A DNA stretch of 64,000 bases from Minisyncoccota bacterium. GTDB lineage: Bacteria; Patescibacteriota; Minisyncoccia; JAHIHE01; JAGLIN01. Below, one piece after another: positions 11,245 through 21,259 of the stretch; the first letter of the stretch is position 1, and the number at the start of each line of letters is the position of its first letter. The position numbers were made by a program, and so were the translations under genes. The notes beneath the pieces were generated by a model, which saw only the letters and a program-made list of their open reading frames with translations, was not told where the DNA came from and did no database searches. Location of the stretch: positions 379 through 64,378 of the forward strand of contig JAQVBZ010000005.1 in NCBI GenBank assembly GCA_028690055.1. The letters run 5' to 3'.

Positions 11245-13932
11245 TTACATCGCTCCTAATTTCTCCTCGATCTTCGCCAGTTTCTCCATACTCTCACTCA
11301 ACTTGCCCTTCTCCGCCTCGATAATATTGTCCGGGGCCTTTGAAACAAAAGTCTCATTTCCCAGTTTCTTTTGAAGGTTGCTCACAAAAGCAGTGAGATT
11401 CTGCTTTTCTTTCAAAAGATTCTGCTTTTCTTTCTCCATATCCACCAGCCCCTCGAGAGAAACATAAATTTCCACACCCGACAAGACCGCTACTGCCATT
11501 CCTTCTTTCTTGGCAAAAGTTTCCGCGACTTCCAAATCTTCCACCCGGCCTAAAAATTTTATGATCTCAACTTGAGCCACGATCAGGTCTTTCTTCTCCA
11601 CCGAAACGATTACGACTTTCACTTTTTTCTTAGGCTCGATCTTATATTCCGCGCGGATATTGCGGATGCCGGTTATTATATCTTTAACAATTTCAAAATT
11701 CGCCTTCGTGTCCTCCTTTTGCAAAGCAACCGTTTCCGGCCATTTCTGCACCATCAGTAGCTCCCCTGTTTCAAAGTCTTTCCAGATTTCCTCCGTAACA
11801 TATGGCGCAAAGGGGTGCAGAACAATAAGCAATCTTTCTAGAACATACAATAATATCTCGTCTTTGCTTCCCTCGACTTTGGCAATCTCCAGATACCAAT
11901 CAGCCAACTTGCTCCAAGTGAAATCATAAATCTCTTCGCCTGCGGCAGAGAATCTGAAATTTTCCAGATTATCCTTTACGTCGGAAATCAAATGATCCGT
12001 CTCTCCCAAAATCCACTCATCCGCCAAAGTTTTCGCCTCAGGACGCATCTCAACACGCTGCACATTTTCCACGCTCATCAAGATATAGCGCGACACGTTC
12101 CAGACTTTGTTCACAAAATTTCGATAAGTCTCAATCTTCTCTTCATAGACCTTGAGGTCATTCCCCGGCGTCGAACCGATGATAAGACTGAGCCTGAGCG
12201 CATCCGTACCGTATTTCTCAATCATCTCAAGCGGATCAATCCCGTTTCCCAGCGACTTGCTCATCTTCTTGCCTTCCTTATCGCGGAGCATCCCATGCAA
12301 ATAGACATTCTCAAAAGGAACTTCGCCCAATACATAAGTCGTCATCAAAATCATACGAGCAACCCAAAAAGGAAGAATATCATAACCAGTTTCCAAAACA
12401 CTGGTCGGATGATATTTCAAAAGGTCCGGACTGTTTTCCACCCATTCATCGAAGTTGGCATATTTCGCAAAGTCCTTGTCCATCAGCGTCGAAAAAGTCC
12501 ACGCGCCGGATGAGAACCAAGTATCGAAGGTGTCGGAATCCTGCCGCAAATGAGAGCCCTGACACTTGGAACAACCAGCCGCCTCGTCTTTTTGCAGAAC
12601 CACCCCTCCGCAATCCTCGCAATACGAAACCGGGATCCGATGTCCGAACCAGAGCTGACGGGAAACGCACCAGTCGCGCAGATTCTCCACCCAGCTAAAA
12701 TACGTCTTCTCGAATCTCTCGGGGATAATCTTGATCTCCCCTTCCTGCACGACCCGCAGCATCACCTCCTTGAGAGATTTGTCCTGGAAATATTTATTAC
12801 CGTCCTTGGTAATCTTTTTATTGACATCGATAAACCATTGTAGCGACGGCAAAGGTTCGATGGCAGCATTGCAACGATAGCAGACGCTCAAATTCTGCGG
12901 TACTTCTTCTTCTTTTTCCATCAACCCCTGATCACGAAAATGCTTCGCAATCTTTTCTCTTGCCTCCAGTGTGGTCAGTCCCTCATAATCCTTGCCCGCC
13001 TCCGCTGTCATCTTGCCGTCCTCACCGATAACTTTGATGGTCGGCAGATCATTTTCCGTCGCCATCTGAAAATCCGCCATACTGTGCGCCGGCGTCACGC
13101 CCAAAGCCCCCGTCCCGAAAGCCATATCGACAGTCCAGTCGGCAATAATTCTGATTTCGTGCTCGCCGTTTCCCAGATCGATCTTATAAGTTTTGCCGAT
13201 AAATTCCTTGTAGCGATCGTCTTTAGGATTGACCGCCACCGCCACATCGCCCAGCTTGGTTTCGGGCCTGGTAGTCGCGATGGTAATCGGAAAATCTTTT
13301 TGATATTTGAAATAATAAAATTTGCCTTCTTTCTCTTCATGCTCCACCTCGTCATCAGCAAGCGTTGACTCGCACCGCGGGCACCAGTTCACGATCCGAT
13401 TACCCCGATAGATGAGACCGTCTTCATACATCATCGTAAAAACTTGCCGCACCACTTCCGACAATCCCTCATCCAACGTGTACCGCTCGCGCGACCAATC
13501 GCACGAAGACCCCATCTTACGTACCTGCTCGCGGATGGTATCCCTCGAACCCTCGACATATTCGTGCACACGTTCCAAAAATTTCTCCCGTCCCAAATCA
13601 TATTTAGTCAGTCCTTCCTTAGCGATGTTTTTTTCCACTTTGGTCTGTGTGGCGATGGAAGCATGATCCGTCCCCGGCAACCACATTGTCTGCTTCTGCT
13701 CCAAACGATTGAATCTGACCATCAGATCCTGATAGGCAAGCATCGAAGCATGTCCCAAGTGCAAAATTCCCGTCGCATTTGGTGGCGGCATAGAAATCAC
13801 AAATTTCTCGGGCGTTTTACCCTCCCCCGCACATGGCAAATTATCAGGATTAAAAAATCCGGACTCTTCCCACTCCTTATAAATCTTATCTTCCACTTCC
13901 TGTGGCTGATATGCCTTCGGTATCTCACGCAT
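11245..13932 (-). CDS. valS: Valyl-tRNA synthetase
   Basis: 895 aa. HIGH motif (PPPNATGILHLGHA), KMSKS motif (KMSKSLGN), editing domain, C-terminal coiled-coil. Confidence 0.92.
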   Translation of the reverse strand: MREIPKAYQPQEVEDKIYKEWEESGFFNPDNLPCAGEGKTPEKFVISMPPPNATGILHLGHASMLAYQDLMVRFNRLEQKQTMWLPGTDHASIATQTKVEKNIAKEGLTKYDLGREKFLERVHEYVEGSRDTIREQVRKMGSSCDWSRERYTLDEGLSEVVRQVFTMMYEDGLIYRGNRIVNWCPRCESTLADDEVEHEEKEGKFYYFKYQKDFPITIATTRPETKLGDVAVAVNPKDDRYKEFIGKTYKIDLGNGEHEIRIIADWTVDMAFGTGALGVTPAHSMADFQMATENDLPTIKVIGEDGKMTAEAGKDYEGLTTLEAREKIAKHFRDQGLMEKEEEVPQNLSVCYRCNAAIEPLPSLQWFIDVNKKITKDGNKYFQDKSLKEVMLRVVQEGEIKIIPERFEKTYFSWVENLRDWCVSRQLWFGHRIPVSYCEDCGGVVLQKDEAAGCSKCQGSHLRQDSDTFDTWFSSGAWTFSTLMDKDFAKYANFDEWVENSPDLLKYHPTSVLETGYDILPFWVARMILMTTYVLGEVPFENVYLHGMLRDKEGKKMSKSLGNGIDPLEMIEKYGTDALRLSLIIGSTPGNDLKVYEEKIETYRNFVNKVWNVSRYILMSVENVQRVEMRPEAKTLADEWILGETDHLISDVKDNLENFRFSAAGEEIYDFTWSKLADWYLEIAKVEGSKDEILLYVLERLLIVLHPFAPYVTEEIWKDFETGELLMVQKWPETVALQKEDTKANFEIVKDIITGIRNIRAEYKIEPKKKVKVVIVSVEKKDLIVAQVEIIKFLGRVEDLEVAETFAKKEGMAVAVLSGVEIYVSLEGLVDMEKEKQNLLKEKQNLTAFVSNLQKKLGNETFVSKAPDNIIEAEKGKLSESMEKLAKIEEKLGAM

Positions 13933-14842
13933 AAATGTAATATGATTATATTTTTCTTAAAAGTGCTTCATAAAGCCATATTAACACACGCTCTTGCGTT
14001 AGGAAAGAGGGTTTGCGCAAAAAGAAGGACGGCCCCTACAGAATCGAAAGGACTGTCCTTGCAAAAGTTTCTACGAAAAAATCAGGAACAGCCATAACGT
14101 TACCGGTTGTTTATAAAGAAGATGATACGACTCAAGGACTGATCGGGGACGAGAGAGATGTTGCCTCTCTATCAAGTACGACTTCACTGTTAATTCCATA
14201 TTTTTTAGACAACAAAATACTGTCCTTTTGATTGCCGTCGCCTTTTGAGCGATATTACCCTTTAAGGTAATAGTCTTAGATTCCCCTTTCGACAAAAATA
14301 TTGAAGTATCAAAAATTATCTTATTATCATCGATAGAACCTACCGCAAAAATTTGTTATCCGAATAAAGATAGGCCGTATCCGGATTGATATCTTTTAGA
14401 TACGAAACGGAGCTGGTCATATTAAGGCCTATTAACTTGATAGCGGTTACCGTGCCGAGATTTGAAAGATCGGCTGAAACTTCTTCATTTTCTCGATTTC
14501 AGTAGCAGAGGTCTTTGACATCTCGACATTCAGTGTGTCAGGAATGGACAAAAGGATATCCACGCTCGCATAAGCTTCATTGATGTCTGAATTGATTCCG
14601 ACGGTTTGGAACATAAAAAATAAATCTAAACATAGTAGGCTTAATATTCCGACCCCCGAGGATTTTTTTGTTTTTGATCATTTTTGTTTCTTCCTTTTTT
14701 AGGATTGCGTGACACCTCGTGTTTTTATGTCTTCGTAATAGCATAAATAACGGTATAAATCGACACAGTTCACCCCCTATCGACAAGCACGGCAGTTAAA
14801 TATCCGAATCAAGGTTAAAAAGAGGTGCGAGAATCTATATCC

Positions 14843-14942
14843 GGAGTAGCGGATTTTGGCCTGCCTCCACGATACCATAAGCTAGATCTACAGAGAGCTA
14901 CTCACTCATAGGACAGCCGCTCGAGATAAATTCCGCTGCTCC
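14843..14942. ncRNA. Divergent copy D of the repeated structured element (GGAGUAGCGG ... GAUAAAUUCCGCUGCUCC)
   Basis: 10-bp closing stem with one G.U pair. Shares the GATAAATTCCGC 3' hairpin with copy B. Embedded in a 915-bp non-coding stretch. Confidence 0.3.
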
Positions 14943-15146
14943 CAAAACGTATAATCGATTTTTTTATTTATTAGAATTACGTGACGTCGCTAAAGTATAG
15001 GCTTAAAATAAGAACAGAATCATTCTCCCATGAACACATATCCGAATAAAAAATCTTTTCCCCAAGAAACTACTCTTATGTCTATTTACACCAACAAAAA
15101 AGGCACAAGCTATTGTGCCCCCTGCAAATTCAAAAACAAAGATATT

Positions 15147-15809
15147 TTATTCCACCTCAAACGACTCAAGTATTTTTTTCTCTTCCTCTGTCAGACTCCC
15201 CTTATCCGCGCGGTATGTAAAGCTGATTTCATACAAGCGCCCGTCTTTCTCGATATATTTTCCGTAAGAATCCCCTTCACCGCTCACGATTACCTCCATT
15301 GTTTGCACTCCGTTCAGTCCCGCCTCGGTAATTCGAGTAATGTTTGGATCTTTACCGATAAGTTCTCTCATCGTTGTTGCTCCGTATCCGTTTGCCTTGT
15401 TGATAGATGACTCGGCGACTGTCGGCGCATAATGCACGATGACATCTGCTACAGGTTCTACGGTCTCACCCTCGACAACCCCGGATTCCATACGAGCATT
15501 TTCCATCGTCTCCGGACTGGTCAATTTCACGATAGTATTTCCGTATTCGTCCTTGTCCTCTTTGACAGTCCAGTTTTCGGGATAGTCCAGATTGAATTTT
15601 TCTTCCTTATTATCATAAAGCTGCCAGACGATTCCGCTATCCGCCACCGTTTCTGTCTGCATATTTTCAGCCGCATTTTCATTTTCCCCAACCGCCTTCT
15701 CCCCGCCTTCGCTCGCGCTGTTATCAGTAAAAAAAATTATAAGCAATGTAAGTGCACCCAAGAGGATTATAGAGGCGATATAAATTTTTTTCGTCTTTTT
15801 CATAGACAT
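15147..15809 (-). CDS. Hypothetical membrane-anchored/secreted protein
   Basis: 220 aa. N-terminal TM/signal anchor (IYIASIILLGALTLLIIFF) then an acidic extracellular domain. Confidence 0.5.
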   Translation of the reverse strand: MSMKKTKKIYIASIILLGALTLLIIFFTDNSASEGGEKAVGENENAAENMQTETVADSGIVWQLYDNKEEKFNLDYPENWTVKEDKDEYGNTIVKLTSPETMENARMESGVVEGETVEPVADVIVHYAPTVAESSINKANGYGATTMRELIGKDPNITRITEAGLNGVQTMEVIVSGEGDSYGKYIEKDGRLYEISFTYRADKGSLTEEEKKILESFEVE

Positions 15810-15945
15810 TTCTTTAATTTATCTTATTTATATTTTAGCACAAAAAAACCTCGCGACAAATCGCAAGGTTTATTGTATTGAGCCGACTATATTTATAGCC
15901 GTTAATATTCACAAAACGTCAGATAGAATCCATCAATTCTGCCTT

Positions 15946-18900
15946 TTACTTCAGCTCTCCCCCATTCTGATACCAGTTGAATTCAGTTTCATTTACAGAA
16001 AGAACGTAATTCCAATTGAGCTGGTATTTATTGAAAATCGTAGGGTTAGGGATACGCTTCTTAATATTGTTCTCAACGAGATAGACGTCATTAGATCCTT
16101 CTAGTTTGACAAGGTTGGAAATAGGATAAGCATCTATTTCGTTTTTAGAGACGATCTGGACATCTTCCCATCTGTCATTGTAAGAGTTGAAGATCTCCGC
16201 AGTGGGGATGTGTTTACGAACCCCCTCTGGGTTAATATAGTAGACTTCTTCTTTGCCTGATTCTCTAATGAGATAGACGTCTTGATATTTATTGAAGATC
16301 GAGTCATCTACGTCTTTTACATCATCCCAACTGAAACCATAGTTCAGGAATATATCAGGATTGGGAATGTGACGTTTGGTACCGTTGGTTACCAGATAAA
16401 TTTTGAAGTCATCTATCAGACGGATTAGATTATCTTCAATGTCCTCAAGAGTATTCAACGTTTCTTCGGCAATAGTCTGAACTTCTGTCCATTGATAGCC
16501 CAATTGCTCGAATACTTCCGGGGTGCTAATCCATTTTTTCTCACCACCCACGATGACATATATCTTGGGAGAATCAGGAATCTTGATGAGAGTACCATCA
16601 GGATAATTACCGCCATTACCGTCTTCATTCTTATAGCTGGCAGTAAGGATCACAGGCAGAGAAGGCATCGTCACTGTGGTAGTGGCAGAGTTGATATCGG
16701 AAACAAAAGAAGTATTTCCTGTCCATCTATTGAATATTTTACCGTCAGTAGGCGTGTCAGCGGTAATCGTAATCGTTGTGCCGGGAGCATAAGAGCCTTC
16801 GCCGGAACCGTTATTAACCGTGAGAAGATATTCACCTTGAGGAGACTCCGTATATGTAGCAACGAGAGTTATATCCTCTTCAGGCATCGTAACAGTGGCA
16901 GTCTCTTTGGTTACATCATCGACATGACTTGTGTCACCAACCCATTTGATGAACACCCTGCCGGCATCGATATCTTTGGCAGTGATGTTAATTTTTGTAC
17001 CGGGGAGATAATCATTGCCTCCAAAACCACTTGAAACTGTAAGTTTGAAAGTCTCTCTGTCGGATTTCCTGAAAGTGGCAACAAGAATGATACTATGATC
17101 AGGAATGGTGACCACGGCGGTCGGACTGTAGATATCAGAAATATAAGCGGTGTCTCTGGTCCATTTGTAGAAAGTTAATCCCCTATAAGGTGACTTGGCG
17201 GTAATGGTAACTTTTGTGCCCACAGGATAAGTTCCGTCGCCAGAACCGTAGCCTATCATCAAAAAGCTGGTAGCGGAATTATCAGGAACATCAGAGTCTT
17301 TGTAAGTAGCAGTGAGAGTAATCGCTTTGGCTGGCATCGTGACTGTGGTAGTTAACGATGTTGTACTGTCTATATAAGAAGTGCTGCCTGTCCATTTGTC
17401 GAACACTTTACCTGTAGCGGGATTATCGGCGGTAATCACCACTTCTTCCCCTTGAGCGTATGAGCCATCGCCCGCTCCATTATTGACAGTAAGAGCATAG
17501 GTAGAAACAGCGGCATTTTTATAGGTGGCTACCAGAGTTATAGATGAAGCCGGCATCGTCACCGTAGTGGTTGCGGCTGTCGTACTGACAATAGAAGAAG
17601 TGCTGCCTGTCCATTTGTCGAATACTTTGCCCGTAGCGGGAGTATCAGCCTTGATGGTAACTTGCGTGCCTGCGGCGTAAGAACCGTCTCCTGTTCCATT
17701 GGTAACGACAAGTGAATATTTGGTAGCATCTTTGTAGGTAGCAGTTAAAGTGGTGGCTGCAGCCGGCATCGTCACCGTGGTGGTTGCGGATGTCGTACTG
17801 GCAACAGAAGAAGTGCTGCCTGTCCATTTGTCGAACACTTTACCTGTAGCGGGAGCGTCAGCAGTAATAGTGACTTGCGTGTTTGCAGGATAAGAACCGT
17901 CGCCTGTTCCATTATTAACGGTAAGAGAGTAAGTGGCGGTAGTGCTATTCTTGTAGGTGGCAGTTAAAGTTATAGCTGATCCCGGCATCGTTACTATGGT
18001 TGTGGCGGAAGTGGCGCTAGTGATATATGAAGTGCTGCCTGTCCATTTGTCGAACACTTTACCTGTAGCGGGATTATCGGCGGTAATCACCACTTCTTCC
18101 CCCTCAGAGTACGAACCATCACCGGTACCGTTTGTTACCGTCAAAGTATATGTAGGGGCATCTTTATAGGTAGCGATTAAAGTGATGTCTGCAGCCGGCA
18201 TCGTCACCGTGGTGGTTGCGGATGTCGTACTGGCAACATATGAAGTGCTCCCCGTCCATTTGTCAAATATTTTACCCGCAGCCGGAGCATTGGCTGCGAT
18301 AGTTACTTTTGTGCCGGAAGCGTAGGCTCCATCGCCGGAACCGTTGGTTACGGTGAGAGCATAAGAAGAAGGAGCCGCGGTCTTATAGGTTGCGGTAAAA
18401 GATATATTTGCTGCGGGCATAGTAAACGTATTGGTGTATGAAGCCGCATTATCAAGATACTGAGTACTCCCCGTCCATTTGTCAAACTCTTTTCCGGAAG
18501 CAGGCAGATCGGCGATAATAGTCACCTCATCTCCCGCGGAATAGGTACCGTCACCCAAACCGTTATTTACCGTGACAGTATAAGTAGCGGGATTGGTCAC
18601 TCCTCCGCCACCTGTAGCCCCACTCGTACCTCCCGCTAACCCATCAATACCGATTTTACGTCCGGAAAACGCAGAAGCCAACGAGCCACTGCTGACGGTC
18701 CAATAAGTATTTCCCGCCTTATTAGATCCATATTTCTGAAAGACATACCCCGATGCAGTTTTAATATTATTCGAATCACTGCCTCCACCCACAGCCGTAC
18801 CTGCATTAATCATAATATTATGATGAGACGATGAACTGGAAGGTACGTAATTGATGGCATAAGGTAAATTCACAAACAGATTGTTGTAATATTCGTGCCC

Positions 18901-19845
18901 GCTTCCACTCGGACTCTGTCCCGGATAGCCTATGGCACCATAAGATCCGCTTGCGCCGGAAATATCGTGAAAATAATTGTTATAGATTTTAACATTTGAA
19001 AAACTATTTTGTAGTTCTAAGGCGGATCCACCACCGGAACCGGTATAGAATTCATTATTATACACATAGCAACCGTTGCCACTACCGGCACATCTCACCC
19101 CGGAATTGGTTCGCATAGCGACAATGTTGTTGTGAAACTTCAGATTGTAAATGCCGTATCCTTGGACAGCATCATGCCCTATCATATCAAAAACACTATT
19201 AGAAACTTCCATATCGTCACCTCCCGCCCTGATTCCGTCGTGCATCCCATTGGTAAATTTGACGTTATCAATAGTGACAAAAGTTGCCCAATAGACATCC
19301 ATAAGGTTAAATTCAGAACGCCCTCTATCATCGGCGCTACACGGATAATAGTCTCCGCAACTTCCATCAAGAGTAATGTTGGATATTGTTACGTCAGTGA
19401 CATCTCTCCACACGTTTATGATGCCTGCGTCACCGGCGCCACTATCGGTTCCTCCCCATCCTGTAGTTCCAGGACCCCCGTATGCCTTTGCCGTCAATCC
19501 AGCCGCTATTTTAAGTACCACTCCACTTCGGCTCTGTCCTTTAATGTCTACGTGTGACTTTGCTAAAATATGGCTGGCAACCTCGTAAGGTTTGGACGCG
19601 TTCTCGATATATACTACTCCCGGGTTACTACTCGTTGCTCCTGAAGCCGCCGCATTGATAGCATTGTTAATTACTGCGTAAGCATTGGTTCCGCTGGGAT
19701 TATAATAAAAATAAGTTGAGCTCGCCTTGCTTGCCGTCTGCCCGACTGTAACAGAAGCGGCAGAGGCCCCTGACGTAAAACCGAAGGAAAACAAAACAAA
19801 GAACAAGAACACAAGCAAACGAGATTTGAAACTTCTCATAGTCAA
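15946..19845 (-). CDS. Giant secreted surface protein: signal peptide, right-handed parallel beta-helix (pectate-lyase/NosD-like), ~10 tandem ~80-aa Ig/InlB-B-like repeats, C-terminal ~45-aa repeats
   Basis: 1299 aa. Signal peptide MTMRSFKSRLLVFLFFVLFSFGFTSGASA. Beta-helix region carries NNxxxG repeats. Repeated unit TVTNGTGDGSY..G..VTI.AD.PATGKVFDKWTGSTSY...TSATTTVTMPA..ITLTATYK occurs about 10 times. C-terminal KIY.V.NG.KRHIPNP.IF..YG..W.DV repeats occur 4 times. Confidence 0.7.
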   Translation of the reverse strand: MTMRSFKSRLLVFLFFVLFSFGFTSGASAASVTVGQTASKASSTYFYYNPSGTNAYAVINNAINAAASGATSSNPGVVYIENASKPYEVASHILAKSHVDIKGQSRSGVVLKIAAGLTAKAYGGPGTTGWGGTDSGAGDAGIINVWRDVTDVTISNITLDGSCGDYYPCSADDRGRSEFNLMDVYWATFVTIDNVKFTNGMHDGIRAGGDDMEVSNSVFDMIGHDAVQGYGIYNLKFHNNIVAMRTNSGVRCAGSGNGCYVYNNEFYTGSGGGSALELQNSFSNVKIYNNYFHDISGASGSYGAIGYPGQSPSGSGHEYYNNLFVNLPYAINYVPSSSSSHHNIMINAGTAVGGGSDSNNIKTASGYVFQKYGSNKAGNTYWTVSSGSLASAFSGRKIGIDGLAGGTSGATGGGGVTNPATYTVTVNNGLGDGTYSAGDEVTIIADLPASGKEFDKWTGSTQYLDNAASYTNTFTMPAANISFTATYKTAAPSSYALTVTNGSGDGAYASGTKVTIAANAPAAGKIFDKWTGSTSYVASTTSATTTVTMPAADITLIATYKDAPTYTLTVTNGTGDGSYSEGEEVVITADNPATGKVFDKWTGSTSYITSATSATTIVTMPGSAITLTATYKNSTTATYSLTVNNGTGDGSYPANTQVTITADAPATGKVFDKWTGSTSSVASTTSATTTVTMPAAATTLTATYKDATKYSLVVTNGTGDGSYAAGTQVTIKADTPATGKVFDKWTGSTSSIVSTTAATTTVTMPASSITLVATYKNAAVSTYALTVNNGAGDGSYAQGEEVVITADNPATGKVFDKWTGSTSYIDSTTSLTTTVTMPAKAITLTATYKDSDVPDNSATSFLMIGYGSGDGTYPVGTKVTITAKSPYRGLTFYKWTRDTAYISDIYSPTAVVTIPDHSIILVATFRKSDRETFKLTVSSGFGGNDYLPGTKINITAKDIDAGRVFIKWVGDTSHVDDVTKETATVTMPEEDITLVATYTESPQGEYLLTVNNGSGEGSYAPGTTITITADTPTDGKIFNRWTGNTSFVSDINSATTTVTMPSLPVILTASYKNEDGNGGNYPDGTLIKIPDSPKIYVIVGGEKKWISTPEVFEQLGYQWTEVQTIAEETLNTLEDIEDNLIRLIDDFKIYLVTNGTKRHIPNPDIFLNYGFSWDDVKDVDDSIFNKYQDVYLIRESGKEEVYYINPEGVRKHIPTAEIFNSYNDRWEDVQIVSKNEIDAYPISNLVKLEGSNDVYLVENNIKKRIPNPTIFNKYQLNWNYVLSVNETEFNWYQNGGELK
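16650..18600. repeat. Intragenic near-identical tandem DNA repeats (~240-bp units) encoding the Ig-like repeats of the giant surface protein
   Basis: Long recurring blocks such as ggcatcgtcaccgtggtggttgcggatgtcgtactggcaac...gtgctgcctgtccatttgtcgaacactttacctgtagcggg. Confidence 0.7.
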
Positions 19846-20552
19846 TGAATTATTTTTTTTAATCGAACACTATATAAAAATGTACTTAAATTGGAAAACG
19901 AACTTTTGAATATTTAGAAAAAGACATCCTGCCACTTAAGGACAAAAAGTCTTTTCTAGAAAATTCTGAATATCAGTATGTGATGTCCGGGTCTATTATA
20001 TAATCGAATAATAAAGCACCTTATTTTTTTATATAAACATTTATATTCTAACTTACATCAGTATTATAACATAATTAAATCCCATAACAAGACCGATGCA
20101 AAGCACGCCACAAAATTAAATATTTTATCGAATATCAGCTCCAAAAAAAATTAAGATTTTACCATTTACGAAAAGCTTGTATTGCTATAAGTCGTAAACA
20201 ACGAAAGAAGGTGAAGTGAGAACATCGGATTTGCATACGGACACCCAAAGCTGAGTCTGATACTGATATTTTTCTTAGCCATAATGGGCTGCGCGGCTCT
20301 GATCTATAAATCATTAACCTGAGAAATAACATATTCCCCCAAGTCTTTATTTGCCTATCGGCCGTTTTGGACACCAATAAATTCAAGATAACCCCGTTGA
20401 TTAAATTATTCATATTATAAAAAACTATCAAACCGGACAATTTTACTTATACGACTTTGTTTCCACACAAAAACGCCCTACGGACTACCGCATGGCGTTT
20501 TATCGATCCGGACCCGGTTCGTAAAAAAATTATCGCTCTATTTTGATTCCGA

Positions 20553-21215
20553 TTACATAGAATTCCTATCAACCGTATTGATTCCATATAGACCGGCAAT
20601 ATCGAAAGTCCACTCAGGATTACCATAGCCTTCGAACCCCCCTTTCACTCCCGTGCCACCCTGAGATTCCAGTCTCCGAACCTTATTTTCACCCGCCACG
20701 AAAGCATGATCCGAAGTGACACAAGAATCCTTCACCATGTCATTTACGATCAGGATATTTTCCCACTTGAGATGTCCATAGCTCTTGAAAACCGACGGAC
20801 TCAATATCAAACGTTTGAATCTCTTGTTGTTTTTTGTATTTGGCAATATAGACATCGATACCGACTTCATTACGCATAACCGCCACTGAAAAGCCTGACC
20901 GGATAGTCATAGGCTGCATTGTACTCATGCTTGTACCAATCCCAGTCTTGAATCGACATATCTTTATCGTTCAGCCAATTATAATCCGCCCCATCCTGAG
21001 CTCTTGCCCCTTGAATAAGAGATAGACCCAAGAGCCCTGCCCCTCAAGCCATAATTACCAGAATACTCGACACGGTTTGTTTTTTTATTTTTATTGTTCA
21101 AATATTTTAAAAAGATCCACCAGCTATTTAGATTGGCTATATGATAACGCGAGATAGGAAAAATCAAGAGAACGTGATAACGAAAAGGATGGTCCTTTCG
21201 ATTCTGTAAGGACAA
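20553..21215 (-). pseudogene. Cluster of short frame-disrupted ORF fragments (possible decayed gene)
   Basis: Three co-directional ORFs of 60-105 aa in different frames (20553-20870, 20740-20928, 20979-21215) with no start or RBS context. Confidence 0.2.
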
Positions 21216-21259
21216 TCCTTGCCCCGCATTTTGAAAGATGATTATCTTTATATTGAAAC

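Noticed and set aside
11992-13368. 173-, 97- and 142-aa ORFs antisense to valS
   Set aside because: Shadow ORFs within a high-confidence class I aaRS gene.
13933-14300. T-box riboswitch upstream of valS
   Set aside because: I looked for the AANNGGGTGGNACCGCG T-box core on the leader strand and did not find it. Only a generic GC hairpin plus U-run was seen.
14232-15146. tmRNA or RNase P RNA in the long non-coding stretch
   Set aside because: No tag-peptide reading frame with a tRNA-like 3' end was found. No RNase P P4 or AGGAAAGUCCGG-type conserved blocks were found.
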